DNA from: a virus
Taxonomy: Duplodnaviria; Caudoviricetes
IMG/VR virus record: IMGVR_UViG_2772190746_000001
Coordinates: 2,256-66,255 of that record
Direction: 5' to 3' (one strand)
Length of the DNA stretch: 64,000 nucleotides
The position numbers and the translations under genes are program-made. This document shows positions 39,687 to 47,398 of the stretch, piece after piece. How positions within the stretch are numbered: position 1 is the first letter of the stretch; every line of letters starts with the position of its first letter. Under the pieces are notes generated by a model, which saw nothing but the letters and a program-made list of their open reading frames with translations, had not been told where the DNA came from and ran no database searches.

Positions 39687-40252
39687 GGCACCATCTCCCC
39701 GGTCAGTTCGGTGTAGCGCGCGCGGAACATCGTGGTCGCCATGGCCGGGGACCAGCACTCGATCGGCACGTTCGCCGGTGTACCCTTGACGTTCCAGAGT
39801 TCGGGCGGCTGGGCCATGATCTCGTCGGCTTCCCGCAGCAGCACGGCATTGTCGGCGATCTTCACCGACTCCGGCAACTCGGGTGCCAGGCCGAACTTCT
39901 CGGCGACAGCGAGCCACACGCGATGCTCGATTTCCGCGTAACCGGCCAGATACGGCTTGAGCGGCCGGATCACGTCGGCGACGTAGGCTTCCGTGGCATC
40001 GTGCAGCAGGCCGGCCAGTGCATCCTCACGGGGGACGACCATGGACACCAGAACCGAATGCTCGGCGACGCTATAGAAGCCCCGGCAGTGACCGTTGAAC
40101 CGACACAGCTTGCCCAGAGCAGCCGCGATGTCCTCGATGAAGACTTCGTCGGCGCGTGGATCGATCGGGAAGAACCTGCGCCCCGAATGCGTCTGCATCC
40201 AGTTGCCCACGCGATCCTCACCGGCGACACGGTTGTCGTACACCTCGGTCAT
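39683..40252 (-). CDS. HD-domain 5'-deoxynucleotidase (YfbR/YfdR-like)
   Basis: IEDIA.AL..LCRFNGH...YSVAEHS, LLHDA.EAY..D. Confidence 0.88.
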   Translation of the reverse strand: MTEVYDNRVAGEDRVGNWMQTHSGRRFFPIDPRADEVFIEDIAAALGKLCRFNGHCRGFYSVAEHSVLVSMVVPREDALAGLLHDATEAYVADVIRPLKPYLAGYAEIEHRVWLAVAEKFGLAPELPESVKIADNAVLLREADEIMAQPPELWNVKGTPANVPIECWSPAMATTMFRARYTELTGEMVP

Positions 40253-40506
40253 GCGCGCTTCTCCGATTCCGCCAGCATGGCGTCTGCGATGTCGAATGCG
40301 TCCTTCGCCACATCGACCGGCTGGCGGCCGATCACGGGGATCACGGACAGGGCGGCGATCGCGAACCGGTCACGGCGCTTCCTGGCGACGCGCTTTTCGA
40401 GCGTGGCGAGGGTGGTTTCCCGATGATCACGCAGACGAGCGGCGTGCGGATCTCGGATATCGCCGCCGAATGCGGCGCGACCGACGACCAGATTGACTTC
40501 AGACAT
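40249..40506 (-). CDS. hypothetical protein
   Basis: RD.FA..AL...A...ADAML motif common in phage proteins. Confidence 0.65.
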   Translation of the reverse strand: MSEVNLVVGRAAFGGDIRDPHAARLRDHRETTLATLEKRVARKRRDRFAIAALSVIPVIGRQPVDVAKDAFDIADAMLAESEKRA

Positions 40507-40687
40507 GGAAGAATCCTCCGAGCCACAGCGTCAGGGCTTCCCCGATGACGCCGCAGAATGCGTAGGTGGCGACCCGGCGACACTGCATCGCGTCGAGCCG
40601 GATCATGCGGGGGCCGACGATCAGCCTGCCGAACAGCAGCAGGCCGACCGCGAACCACAGGATCATTGAGACCTGGTAGATGGTCAC
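40499..40687 (-). CDS. small membrane protein
   Basis: Two hydrophobic segments. Confidence 0.55.
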   Translation of the reverse strand: MTIYQVSMILWFAVGLLLFGRLIVGPRMIRLDAMQCRRVATYAFCGVIGEALTLWLGGFFHV

Positions 40688-40983
40688 TGGGTCGCCTCGC
40701 AGATCGGCTTACCGGTCGCACGGAGGCGCGGCGTAATGGCGAACCCGGCACGGTAACTGCCCGGAACCACGACGACGTAGTCGCAACCCTCGACGGGATC
40801 GCGCCAGACGACCACAGACCCACGTCCCAGATCAGACGACGAGGTGACGACCACGCCATCAGCCGGCTGCTCGGCAACCTCGGTGTCAGCGGCGGCGGGC
40901 TGACTACCGCACCCGATGAGCATGGCCGGGGTTACCAGCACGGAGACGGCAGCCAGCAGTTGCAGTGCGCGGCGACCGGTCAC
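40684..40983 (-). CDS. putative lipoprotein
   Basis: RR + hydrophobic signal + LIGC; D...GC.Y...ITPRL..GKPIC. Confidence 0.6.
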   Translation of the reverse strand: MTGRRALQLLAAVSVLVTPAMLIGCGSQPAAADTEVAEQPADGVVVTSSSDLGRGSVVVWRDPVEGCDYVVVVPGSYRAGFAITPRLRATGKPICEATQ

Positions 40984-41285
40984 GGCCGGTAACCCCGGAG
41001 TGCTGCGCGGCGCTGCTGCCGGGTTTCCGTGCCCGCCGGGACGGGGGCTGGAACGCGATACAGCCGCGGCATCTTCCGGCGACGGGGCATCGGGAAGCGA
41101 TCGAGGATGGTCGCGATCTTCATCTGGGCTGCCAGACGGGCGCCGCTCATCACGATCCACCCTTTGGTCGGGTGCAGGGTGGCATAGCCGCCGTCTTCGA
41201 ACGGCACGGTGACCTGAGGCTTGGGCTCGTAGTCAGGATGGGCGCGCGCGCGACGGCGCTGCAGGGTACGCGGAAAACTGCTCAT
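40980..41285 (-). CDS. basic hypothetical protein
   Basis: LHPTKGW motif; AGGA SD. Confidence 0.6.
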   Translation of the reverse strand: MSSFPRTLQRRRARAHPDYEPKPQVTVPFEDGGYATLHPTKGWIVMSGARLAAQMKIATILDRFPMPRRRKMPRLYRVPAPVPAGTETRQQRRAALRGYRP

Positions 41286-41326
41286 GATGGTCCTACTTTC
41301 AACTAAAAGTTGATGCTATGGGCGCG

Positions 41327-41899
41327 TTAAAACCGCTTCCCGTTTGCCGCACGCCGGTTCTCGGGCTTGTGGTCGGCCCGCTCGCGGTTAAACGAAATCT
41401 TCTGGTCGATGATCTGCCAGAGGTTATCGACCTCATGGACGTAGGCAACCGCGAAGACCATCACCAGCGAGGCCAGCAGCGCAATGCGATACTCCTCAGT
41501 GCGGCCCTTCCGGTAGTGCTCCATCGCTGTGCTGACGCAGTTTACAGCGTCCATGAGGCTAACGTTCGTCTGGGTCAGCAGGTCGCCGACCATGCGGTCA
41601 AAATCGAACGACTGCGCGACCGTGAGAACGCCGTGCAGCCGCTCCTCGGCACCGATCATGTCCAGCAGCCGGATCGCCGTGTCGGCGAGTTCGACATTGA
41701 ACATCGGGTGCTGCGGCAGCTTGTCGTCCGGGATTCCGCGCATCTGGCCTTCGTGGGCTTCGGCCAGCTCCGACACGACGAGCATCATCAGCTCGGGCCG
41801 GTTCCGGGTTACCAGGATGCAGTCGCCGGTATTCAGGTCCGACCACCAACCGGCATCGACGTTGCCCAGGTGGATCTTCCTCGCACGTTCCAAGATCAT
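41327..41899 (-). CDS. MazG-like NTP pyrophosphohydrolase
   Basis: LVVSELAEA.E...ELAD..IR.LD. Confidence 0.75.
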   Translation of the reverse strand: MILERARKIHLGNVDAGWWSDLNTGDCILVTRNRPELMMLVVSELAEAHEGQMRGIPDDKLPQHPMFNVELADTAIRLLDMIGAEERLHGVLTVAQSFDFDRMVGDLLTQTNVSLMDAVNCVSTAMEHYRKGRTEEYRIALLASLVMVFAVAYVHEVDNLWQIIDQKISFNRERADHKPENRRAANGKRF

Positions 41900-42051
41900 G
41901 TTTCGAACCACTTCAAGATGGCGGTGACCTGGGCGGCCTTCCGCATGTAGAGATCCCGCATCCACTGCGGGGCGGCGTCCCAGTGCTTCTTCCCGTCTGC
42001 GGTGAATATGGCGTAGGCCAGCTGCTGGTCGTCCGGGATGCGAGCACTCAC
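41896..42051 (-). CDS. 51-aa hypothetical protein (not in ORF track)
   Basis: GTGA/ATGA overlaps on both sides. Confidence 0.55.
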   Translation of the reverse strand: MSARIPDDQQLAYAIFTADGKKHWDAAPQWMRDLYMRKAAQVTAILKWFET

Positions 42052-42194
42052 CGGCGGAAGAACCGGCGCCACCATGGCACCGAGATCATCGGTGGCGGAC
42101 CCTCACAGTAGACGGGGCGGTCGGGCTGCCAGTACCGAGTGCCACAGGTGGAACACTTCGACGGCTTTCCGGCCCATTTGTGCGGGGTGAACAT
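42048..42194 (-). CDS. 48-aa zinc-finger-like protein
   Basis: H.W...CSTCG...C; GAGGA SD. Confidence 0.55.
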   Translation of the reverse strand: MFTPHKWAGKPSKCSTCGTRYWQPDRPVYCEGPPPMISVPWWRRFFRR

Positions 42195-42414
42195 GGCTTC
42201 CGATTTCCTCGGGTGGTGTAGAATCACGCTATAGTTGAAACATTGCACCGTCAACTGATTCGTGATTTTGGTCTCCGGAGTCCCCGGCGCCGCTGTTCCG
42301 GAGTCCGCGAGGGGGTATCTCCGGAGTCCGCGACGCCTCCGATTTCCTCGGGTGGGGTCTTCCGATTTCCCTGAGTGGGGGTTACCGTGCCGCCGGTTCA
42401 ACGGGGTGATGGGT

Positions 42415-42975
42415 ATGCGGCTGATTTTGATCGGGTTTCTACTGGCTGGCGCCGTCGCGGTCGCGCCCCTGGCCGCCAAGGAACGCGCGCCCCGGGTGAC
42501 GGTGGAGGATGACTCCCTTTCGCCGCTTGTGATCGTGTCCACCGCACCAACCGGCCGCGCAAAGGGGCATATCCCCAACGGTGAAGGGGACATTTGGCTA
42601 CAGGCTGGAATCGATCGGGGAACCGGGCGCACCGTCTACCGGGTGACTGCGTCAATCGGCTATTGGGGGCAGTGGGGCTTTTACCGCGCCGCGAATTATT
42701 CGGTGCCTGGCAGCACGCCCGGGACGGCGGCGCTCGATACCGTCAACCGGTCCACGCTGGCATGCATGGCGCCTGCAGGCTGCAAACACGTTGAAACGGT
42801 CGCCTTTACCGTATCGCCGGAATTGCTCGACCAGGTTGCCGCATCGGGTGCGCCGTGGCGGTTCCGGTTCATGGGTTCAGCCGGTCCGAAGTGGGAGGAA
42901 ACACTTTCTCCGGCTGAAGTCCGGACGCTGCTAGACGCGGTTGCCGCGCGCACGAAAAAACCGGCCGCGGAATAA
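42415..42975 (+). CDS. secreted/periplasmic protein (moron-like)
   Basis: Signal peptide MRLILIGFLLAGAVAVAPLAA; lone rightward gene in leftward region. Confidence 0.65.
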   Translation: MRLILIGFLLAGAVAVAPLAAKERAPRVTVEDDSLSPLVIVSTAPTGRAKGHIPNGEGDIWLQAGIDRGTGRTVYRVTASIGYWGQWGFYRAANYSVPGSTPGTAALDTVNRSTLACMAPAGCKHVETVAFTVSPELLDQVAASGAPWRFRFMGSAGPKWEETLSPAEVRTLLDAVAARTKKPAAE

Positions 42976-43019
42976 TTCGACGGCCGGTCTATAGGGTGAC
43001 GACGGGGAAGGGGTGCGGA

Positions 43020-43172
43020 TCAGCGGCCGATGAATATCGAACCCCCTACAACCGCCGCGACAATCCAGAATTTCAGGTTATGCCGTGCGAGGGATTTTCG
43101 GGCGGCCGCTCGCCCTGTCTTTGTGGAGCTGGCGACGCTACAGACGACGACTAGGCCGATTAGGGCGATCAT
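43020..43172 (-). CDS. 50-aa membrane peptide
   Basis: TGATG overlap; two hydrophobic stretches. Confidence 0.45.
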   Translation of the reverse strand: MIALIGLVVVCSVASSTKTGRAAARKSLARHNLKFWIVAAVVGGSIFIGR

Positions 43173-43402
43173 CAACGCCCCTCCAGTGGCACAATCTGAT
43201 AATCCTCAAACCCGCCAACGTCTCGCATCTGTTGCAAAGCGGCTTCAGCGGTCGCGCGGTTTTTCCATTTCCGCGCCTGCCATCGCGTATCCCCGCGCGC
43301 ATCCGGATCATATAGGACGTTATCAATCGACAACCCCGCGCGCCTGATTGCGGTGACGTAATAGGCCCGATCGAACGCGGCCGGCTTGGCTATGGCGAAC
43401 AT
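43172..43402 (-). CDS. early hypothetical protein
   Basis: ORF abutting neighbours. Confidence 0.55.
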   Translation of the reverse strand: MFAIAKPAAFDRAYYVTAIRRAGLSIDNVLYDPDARGDTRWQARKWKNRATAEAALQQMRDVGGFEDYQIVPLEGR

Positions 43403-44287
43403 TCAACGGGCCTCCGGAAACATATCGGGGGTGAAGGGGCAGCGATAGAACCGCGCCGCGATGATACCGGCGGACGCTTCCCATGCGGTCCGGGTTTCCG
43501 TGTCCAATTCGGCAAGCGCCAATTCCAGGACAGTCAGAGTCTCCGCATGATGGGCGACGTACCGGGCGGCCGCGTCGCTATCGGCATCGATCCAGGCTGC
43601 CAGTTTTTCGGCGCGCTTTTCCCGGACGGCTGACTCGAATTTCTGCCAGTCGCACCACTTGTCTACATATTCGTAACTGGACTCGTCGACCGCATAGCAA
43701 CACGTTTCATCGGGGTTTTCAGCCTCCCGCGACGCGATCGCCGCGCAAAGGATTGTGCCCATTTCGTTATGGTCGAATTCGGCAAATTCCTTGCCCTGCC
43801 ATTCGTCGACGTCGTCCGGGTAAAACGAAATGAACCCCGATCGGCTGCTATGCCGTTCGGCAATCACGGCTGCCAGTTTCTCCAAATCCAGCGACCGATA
43901 AAGGGACTCCATCGCGGCAAGCGGCACGGTGGCGTAAACCCTATCTGTCCGGAAATTATATTCGCGCGGCGAGTCCATGGACTCAAAGGTGAACGTACCC
44001 GCCGGAGTTTCCAGGTTTTCGGTTGCCCATTGGTCAAATGCCGCCACGTAATCGGCCGCCATGCTGCGATGCGCGCCGCCGTAGTCCATGCAATCGAACA
44101 AGATTTTCTGATAGTCGGCTGCCGAAAGTCGCAGCTCCTCCGGTTGGTAGGTTTCCGGATAATATTCGGCGGACTCCTCCTTTTCGGCGGAATTCTCCGC
44201 TTCCATGGTTTCCGCGTGATCCAGTGCCCCGGACAGGCTCGAGCAATAGAAGCCGGGGAAAAACGGTAAATTGACGACTACGTTCAT
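43403..44287 (-). CDS. acidic early hypothetical protein
   Basis: LPFFPGFY, SPREYNF.TDR, SRSGFISFY motifs. Confidence 0.75.
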   Translation of the reverse strand: MNVVVNLPFFPGFYCSSLSGALDHAETMEAENSAEKEESAEYYPETYQPEELRLSAADYQKILFDCMDYGGAHRSMAADYVAAFDQWATENLETPAGTFTFESMDSPREYNFRTDRVYATVPLAAMESLYRSLDLEKLAAVIAERHSSRSGFISFYPDDVDEWQGKEFAEFDHNEMGTILCAAIASREAENPDETCCYAVDESSYEYVDKWCDWQKFESAVREKRAEKLAAWIDADSDAAARYVAHHAETLTVLELALAELDTETRTAWEASAGIIAARFYRCPFTPDMFPEAR

Positions 44288-44324
44288 GGTTGAAACTCCC
44301 GAATAAGTTGAAACGGCGGCCGCG

Positions 44325-44627
44325 TTAAGCGCCGCGGATGCGAATGATTTTGGTGTAAACTTTGGCCGTGTCGAACGTATCGGCCGGCAAGGTTTCCAGC
44401 TCCTCGGCACCGGGGTGCCGGAATGTTATCGGCACCAGGGCGACCAGAGTCGGCACGTCATCATGACCATTGCGCCCCATCAGCGACACGGCCGCCGCAA
44501 CATGCTTGCGCACGTCGCGCGGGCCGATGAACCTGTGGTTCAAATCACGGGTGTCGCCTTCCCAAAGGAATGCGCCGGTTGCCCCATCGGGCGCACTGCA
44601 CTGGATAGCTTTGGCTGCAAATCGCAT
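44325..44627 (-). CDS. early hypothetical protein
   Basis: GAGGAG SD. Confidence 0.6.
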   Translation of the reverse strand: MRFAAKAIQCSAPDGATGAFLWEGDTRDLNHRFIGPRDVRKHVAAAVSLMGRNGHDDVPTLVALVPITFRHPGAEELETLPADTFDTAKVYTKIIRIRGA

Positions 44628-44638
44628 GTTGATACTCC

Positions 44639-44956
44639 TCACATTCCGATAGCGTGAGGAACCGGCCAAGCACCGGTGCAGCACCGCGAACTGTTCCGGC
44701 TGCCGGGGCGATCAGTTTGGGCGAAATTGACCCACTGATTCAGACAGAGGTGCCAGCGATACGCATACTCGCGTGCGGCTGCTTCTTCTTCAGTCATCCC
44801 GTCGTAAATGCGGACGCATAGACGCGCCATGGTGTCGCACCCCGGCAGCCGGTGAACTGTGCCGATATATTGCCGCACTAGTTCCAGCGCACTGGTTGCG
44901 CGCTCAACGGTGGCCGGGTCTCGGGTTGCGGCGCGAATGGATTCAATCAACGTCAT
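44639..44956 (-). CDS. early hypothetical protein
   Basis: GGAG SD. Confidence 0.55.
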   Translation of the reverse strand: MTLIESIRAATRDPATVERATSALELVRQYIGTVHRLPGCDTMARLCVRIYDGMTEEEAAAREYAYRWHLCLNQWVNFAQTDRPGSRNSSRCCTGAWPVPHAIGM

Positions 44957-44968
44957 AGCGTGACTCCA

Positions 44969-45157
44969 TCACTCGAAAGTTGAAACGATAGGCGCAATTC
45001 GGGCGCATTCGTCGGTTTCCAGCCTCCACCGTTCACCGGCAAACTGGATAGGGAAAGGCGCGTCGCTGCAGCCAATCCCGACATATCGGGGCATGCCGCA
45101 ACCGGCTGCCATGATGGCGGCAATCGCCAGCAACCCGGCTATCCCTTCGCGGATCAT
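44969..45157 (-). CDS. small putative lipoprotein
   Basis: Hydrophobic N-terminus + AGC. Confidence 0.5.
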   Translation of the reverse strand: MIREGIAGLLAIAAIMAAGCGMPRYVGIGCSDAPFPIQFAGERWRLETDECARIAPIVSTFE

Positions 45158-45306
45158 CGGCGATTCCTTTTCGCTTGGCAGTCGCAGCAAACCCCGTTGC
45201 GCGTGTACCGTTCGCCGGGGTGACCGGCCTTGCAGGGCGCTCCCGCATAGCGGGGCTTTCCGGCTTCCCGTGCCGCGTGCCGTTCGGCGTTGCGTGGGCG
45301 GGGCAT
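45154..45306 (-). CDS. 50-aa Cys-rich protein paralogous to the N-terminus of the 10709 HNH
   Basis: R.A..AG..RY.G.PC..GH..ERY..NG.C..C; GGAGG SD. Confidence 0.6.
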   Translation of the reverse strand: MPRPRNAERHAAREAGKPRYAGAPCKAGHPGERYTRNGVCCDCQAKRNRR

Positions 45307-45402
45307 ATCAGCGCCTCCAATCCCGAAACGTCTCCAGCGCCGTAACGCCAGCGACCGCGCCGACCAGAAACATGGTGACAGCGTTTGCCCAATCAGCACA
45401 CG

Positions 45403-45777
45403 TCATTCGCCCGCCTCCCGAACATATTCCGCAAGGGTTTGGGCGACTGCCTCGACCGTCATGGTCGGATCATCGGTGAACGGGTTGTACCCGATGCGCG
45501 CTTCATATTCGGCTGCCAGCACGTCGCGCCATTCATCGGTTGCGCGGCCTTCCCCGTCGCAGTGTTGCCGGTTGTCCAGAGGGACAATGATGAACCGTTC
45601 GTTCTCGGGAAACTCCCTTTGCGTGGCATCGGGGTAATCCACGTAAACGCCCATGGACGGGGAGATTTGCCAGAACGGGCAAGCCTCATTGCGCCATGAC
45701 TCGTCTATCCAGTGGGCGGGGATGACGGGAAGGCTGGCGGCCGGATAGTCCGGGAACTCGCGTTGAAAGCGATCCAT
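45403..45777 (-). CDS. early hypothetical protein
   Basis: D.SW.N..CP motif; GGAG SD. Confidence 0.6.
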   Translation of the reverse strand: MDRFQREFPDYPAASLPVIPAHWIDESWRNEACPFWQISPSMGVYVDYPDATQREFPENERFIIVPLDNRQHCDGEGRATDEWRDVLAAEYEARIGYNPFTDDPTMTVEAVAQTLAEYVREAGE

Positions 45778-45779
45778 GC

Positions 45780-45965
45780 TCAGCGCTCCACGACGCAAGT
45801 GGTGCCGGGGCGGCGCGCATCGCGGCAATCTTCTGCCGTCAGATTGTAGTCATCAACGTAGACGTTTCCGTCTGACGTGATGCGCTCAAGCCGATACGTG
45901 GTCTGAGGCGCCACGCTACAGGCTGCAGTGATCAAGGTTGCGACTATCAGGGCCAAGGTATGCAT
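45780..45965 (-). CDS. small putative lipoprotein
   Basis: LITAAC lipobox. Confidence 0.55.
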   Translation of the reverse strand: MHTLALIVATLITAACSVAPQTTYRLERITSDGNVYVDDYNLTAEDCRDARRPGTTCVVER

Positions 45966-46157
45966 TGCGAATCACTCCGTTGTTGAAAATCACTCTAAGG
46001 GTGCGGAGTGACTTTGCAAAGGGGTTTTTCAACTAAAGGTTGAATGTGAGGTCTACGGGGTTTCCCGTAACGGGCTCGACCAGGGCGCGCTATCGCGCTT
46101 GCTATGCATCGGTAATCCCGACGCTAACCGACTGGCAGCTGGCGCCCCGTGCTACCT

Positions 46158-46422
46158 TTCCCATGCGTTCCCATACGGTCCAGCCTTCCCAGGGCTTCCC
46201 ATGCGTACCGGAGGCGCCGCTACCCGGCCACCTTCTGCCCCGCGCCCATCTTCCCATGTGGACCATGCGTTCCCATGCGTACCGGAGGCAGGCTTAGGGC
46301 CTTCCCTTTCCCATGCGTTCCCAGCGCTTCCCATGCGTACCGGCTACCCGGTGAGTTCGAGTCCCTCTTCGCACGGTTGCCTAGTCGCGCCCCTTTCCCA
46401 TGGCTTCCCATGGCTTCCCATG
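46158..46422. repeat. array of TTCCCA(TG) repeats
   Basis: 12 TTCCCA copies (9 as TTCCCATG); TTCCCATGCGTACCGG x3. Confidence 0.9.
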
Positions 46423-46444
46423 TCGCTCCGGGTCCCTCCTACCC

Positions 46445-46807
46445 TGTGACCGCGTCGGTGCGTGGCGCTGAGCCGCCTTTTCTGACACAGTTCAAACTAC
46501 CCCATGGGACCGATGCCGAAAATCAACCCTAGACCCGGATGGCTGTGACAGCCCAAGATCGTGTCACAAGGGCTGTCACACCCTGTAACCCGCAGAAATC
46601 CGCCGTTTGTGACAACTGTGACAACTGTGACAGCTTTTCTATAGAGAGTCGTTCGGTAGAGGGGGTAAATCAGTGACTCCGGCAGCCTCACGGCAGCCCG
46701 TGGAAGGGCGGTGTCGCGCGAGAAGTTATAGGAATCCCTGTCACGCTGTCACTCTTGTCACAACCGCAGGAAAACAGCGGCTTTTGCCACTGTGACAGGG
46801 TGTGACA
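46445..46807. repeat. array of TGT(G/C)AC repeats in both orientations (iteron- or terminase-binding-like)
   Basis: About 13 copies, including a 9-bp-spaced triplet at 46608-46632. Confidence 0.85.
46457..46468. other. candidate cohesive end (cos) GGTGCGTGGCGC
   Basis: Non-coding, between two repeat arrays; 9/12 match to the Chi cos as recalled (GGTGCGCAGAGC). Confidence 0.4.
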
Positions 46808-46942
46808 GCCTGCGCCGAAAACCGCGAAAAAGGCCCGTTTAAGGTGATATCGCTCGGGTTGCGTGGCAAAAGGCCAGTTTTTTCTGAGGTTTGATTTTGG
46901 CTTTTCTGCGGTCTGAGAGGTCGAATTGAAACCTCGGAAAAA

Positions 46943-47398
46943 CTACCCCAGAAGTGCGGCGAACTCGCAATCGCGGTTTTTCGTTCGGATCGCCATCAAC
47001 ATCCGACCGAGAGTGTTCGCGCCCGTTCCACCGTAAACACCCCAGAACCGATCGCCCCAGGTGTTACCTTCCTCAAGCAGCATCTCACCGGTTGCGTCGA
47101 GTGCGTCAGCAAGATGTGATCCAGCGGCGAACTTCTGCTCAAGGAGGTGGCGCATCACCTCGACTTTCACAGCTACCCAGTCGCGACGCACACCAAGTCG
47201 GCGGCCGGCAGTTCTCGCCATCGCCGGGTTCGGCATCATACGCACGATTGCCCGTTTGGCGGGTTCAACCGACTTTGCTGCTTGATAGGCGTGTTCTACC
47301 GTGGGGTAGATGATGTGATCGAGCGAGACTGCTGCCGGCCAAAAGTTGGAGAGGAAGCGGTGCGCACCGGTGAATGAGGTGACGCACCCTCCCATCAT
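46943..47398 (-). CDS. NADAR (YbiA-like) N-glycosidase
   Basis: FLSNFW, YPTVEHAYQAAK, K.EVM..LL.QKF, L.ATG, E.NTWGDRFWG, N.LG.MLM..R. Confidence 0.92.
   Translation of the reverse strand: MMGGCVTSFTGAHRFLSNFWPAAVSLDHIIYPTVEHAYQAAKSVEPAKRAIVRMMPNPAMARTAGRRLGVRRDWVAVKVEVMRHLLEQKFAAGSHLADALDATGEMLLEEGNTWGDRFWGVYGGTGANTLGRMLMAIRTKNRDCEFAALLG

Noticed and set aside
38313-39917. Full 534-aa ORF as given in the track
   Set aside because: The first 77 codons overlap the HD gene; a GTG at 39686 with GTGA coupling is the more plausible start
39683-40252. HD protein as DatZ of a 2-aminoadenine (Z) genome
   Set aside because: No PurZ homolog was recognised in the window
46158-46807. Possible CRISPR array
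   Set aside because: Repeat units are 6-16 bp with irregular spacing; no repeat-spacer architecture
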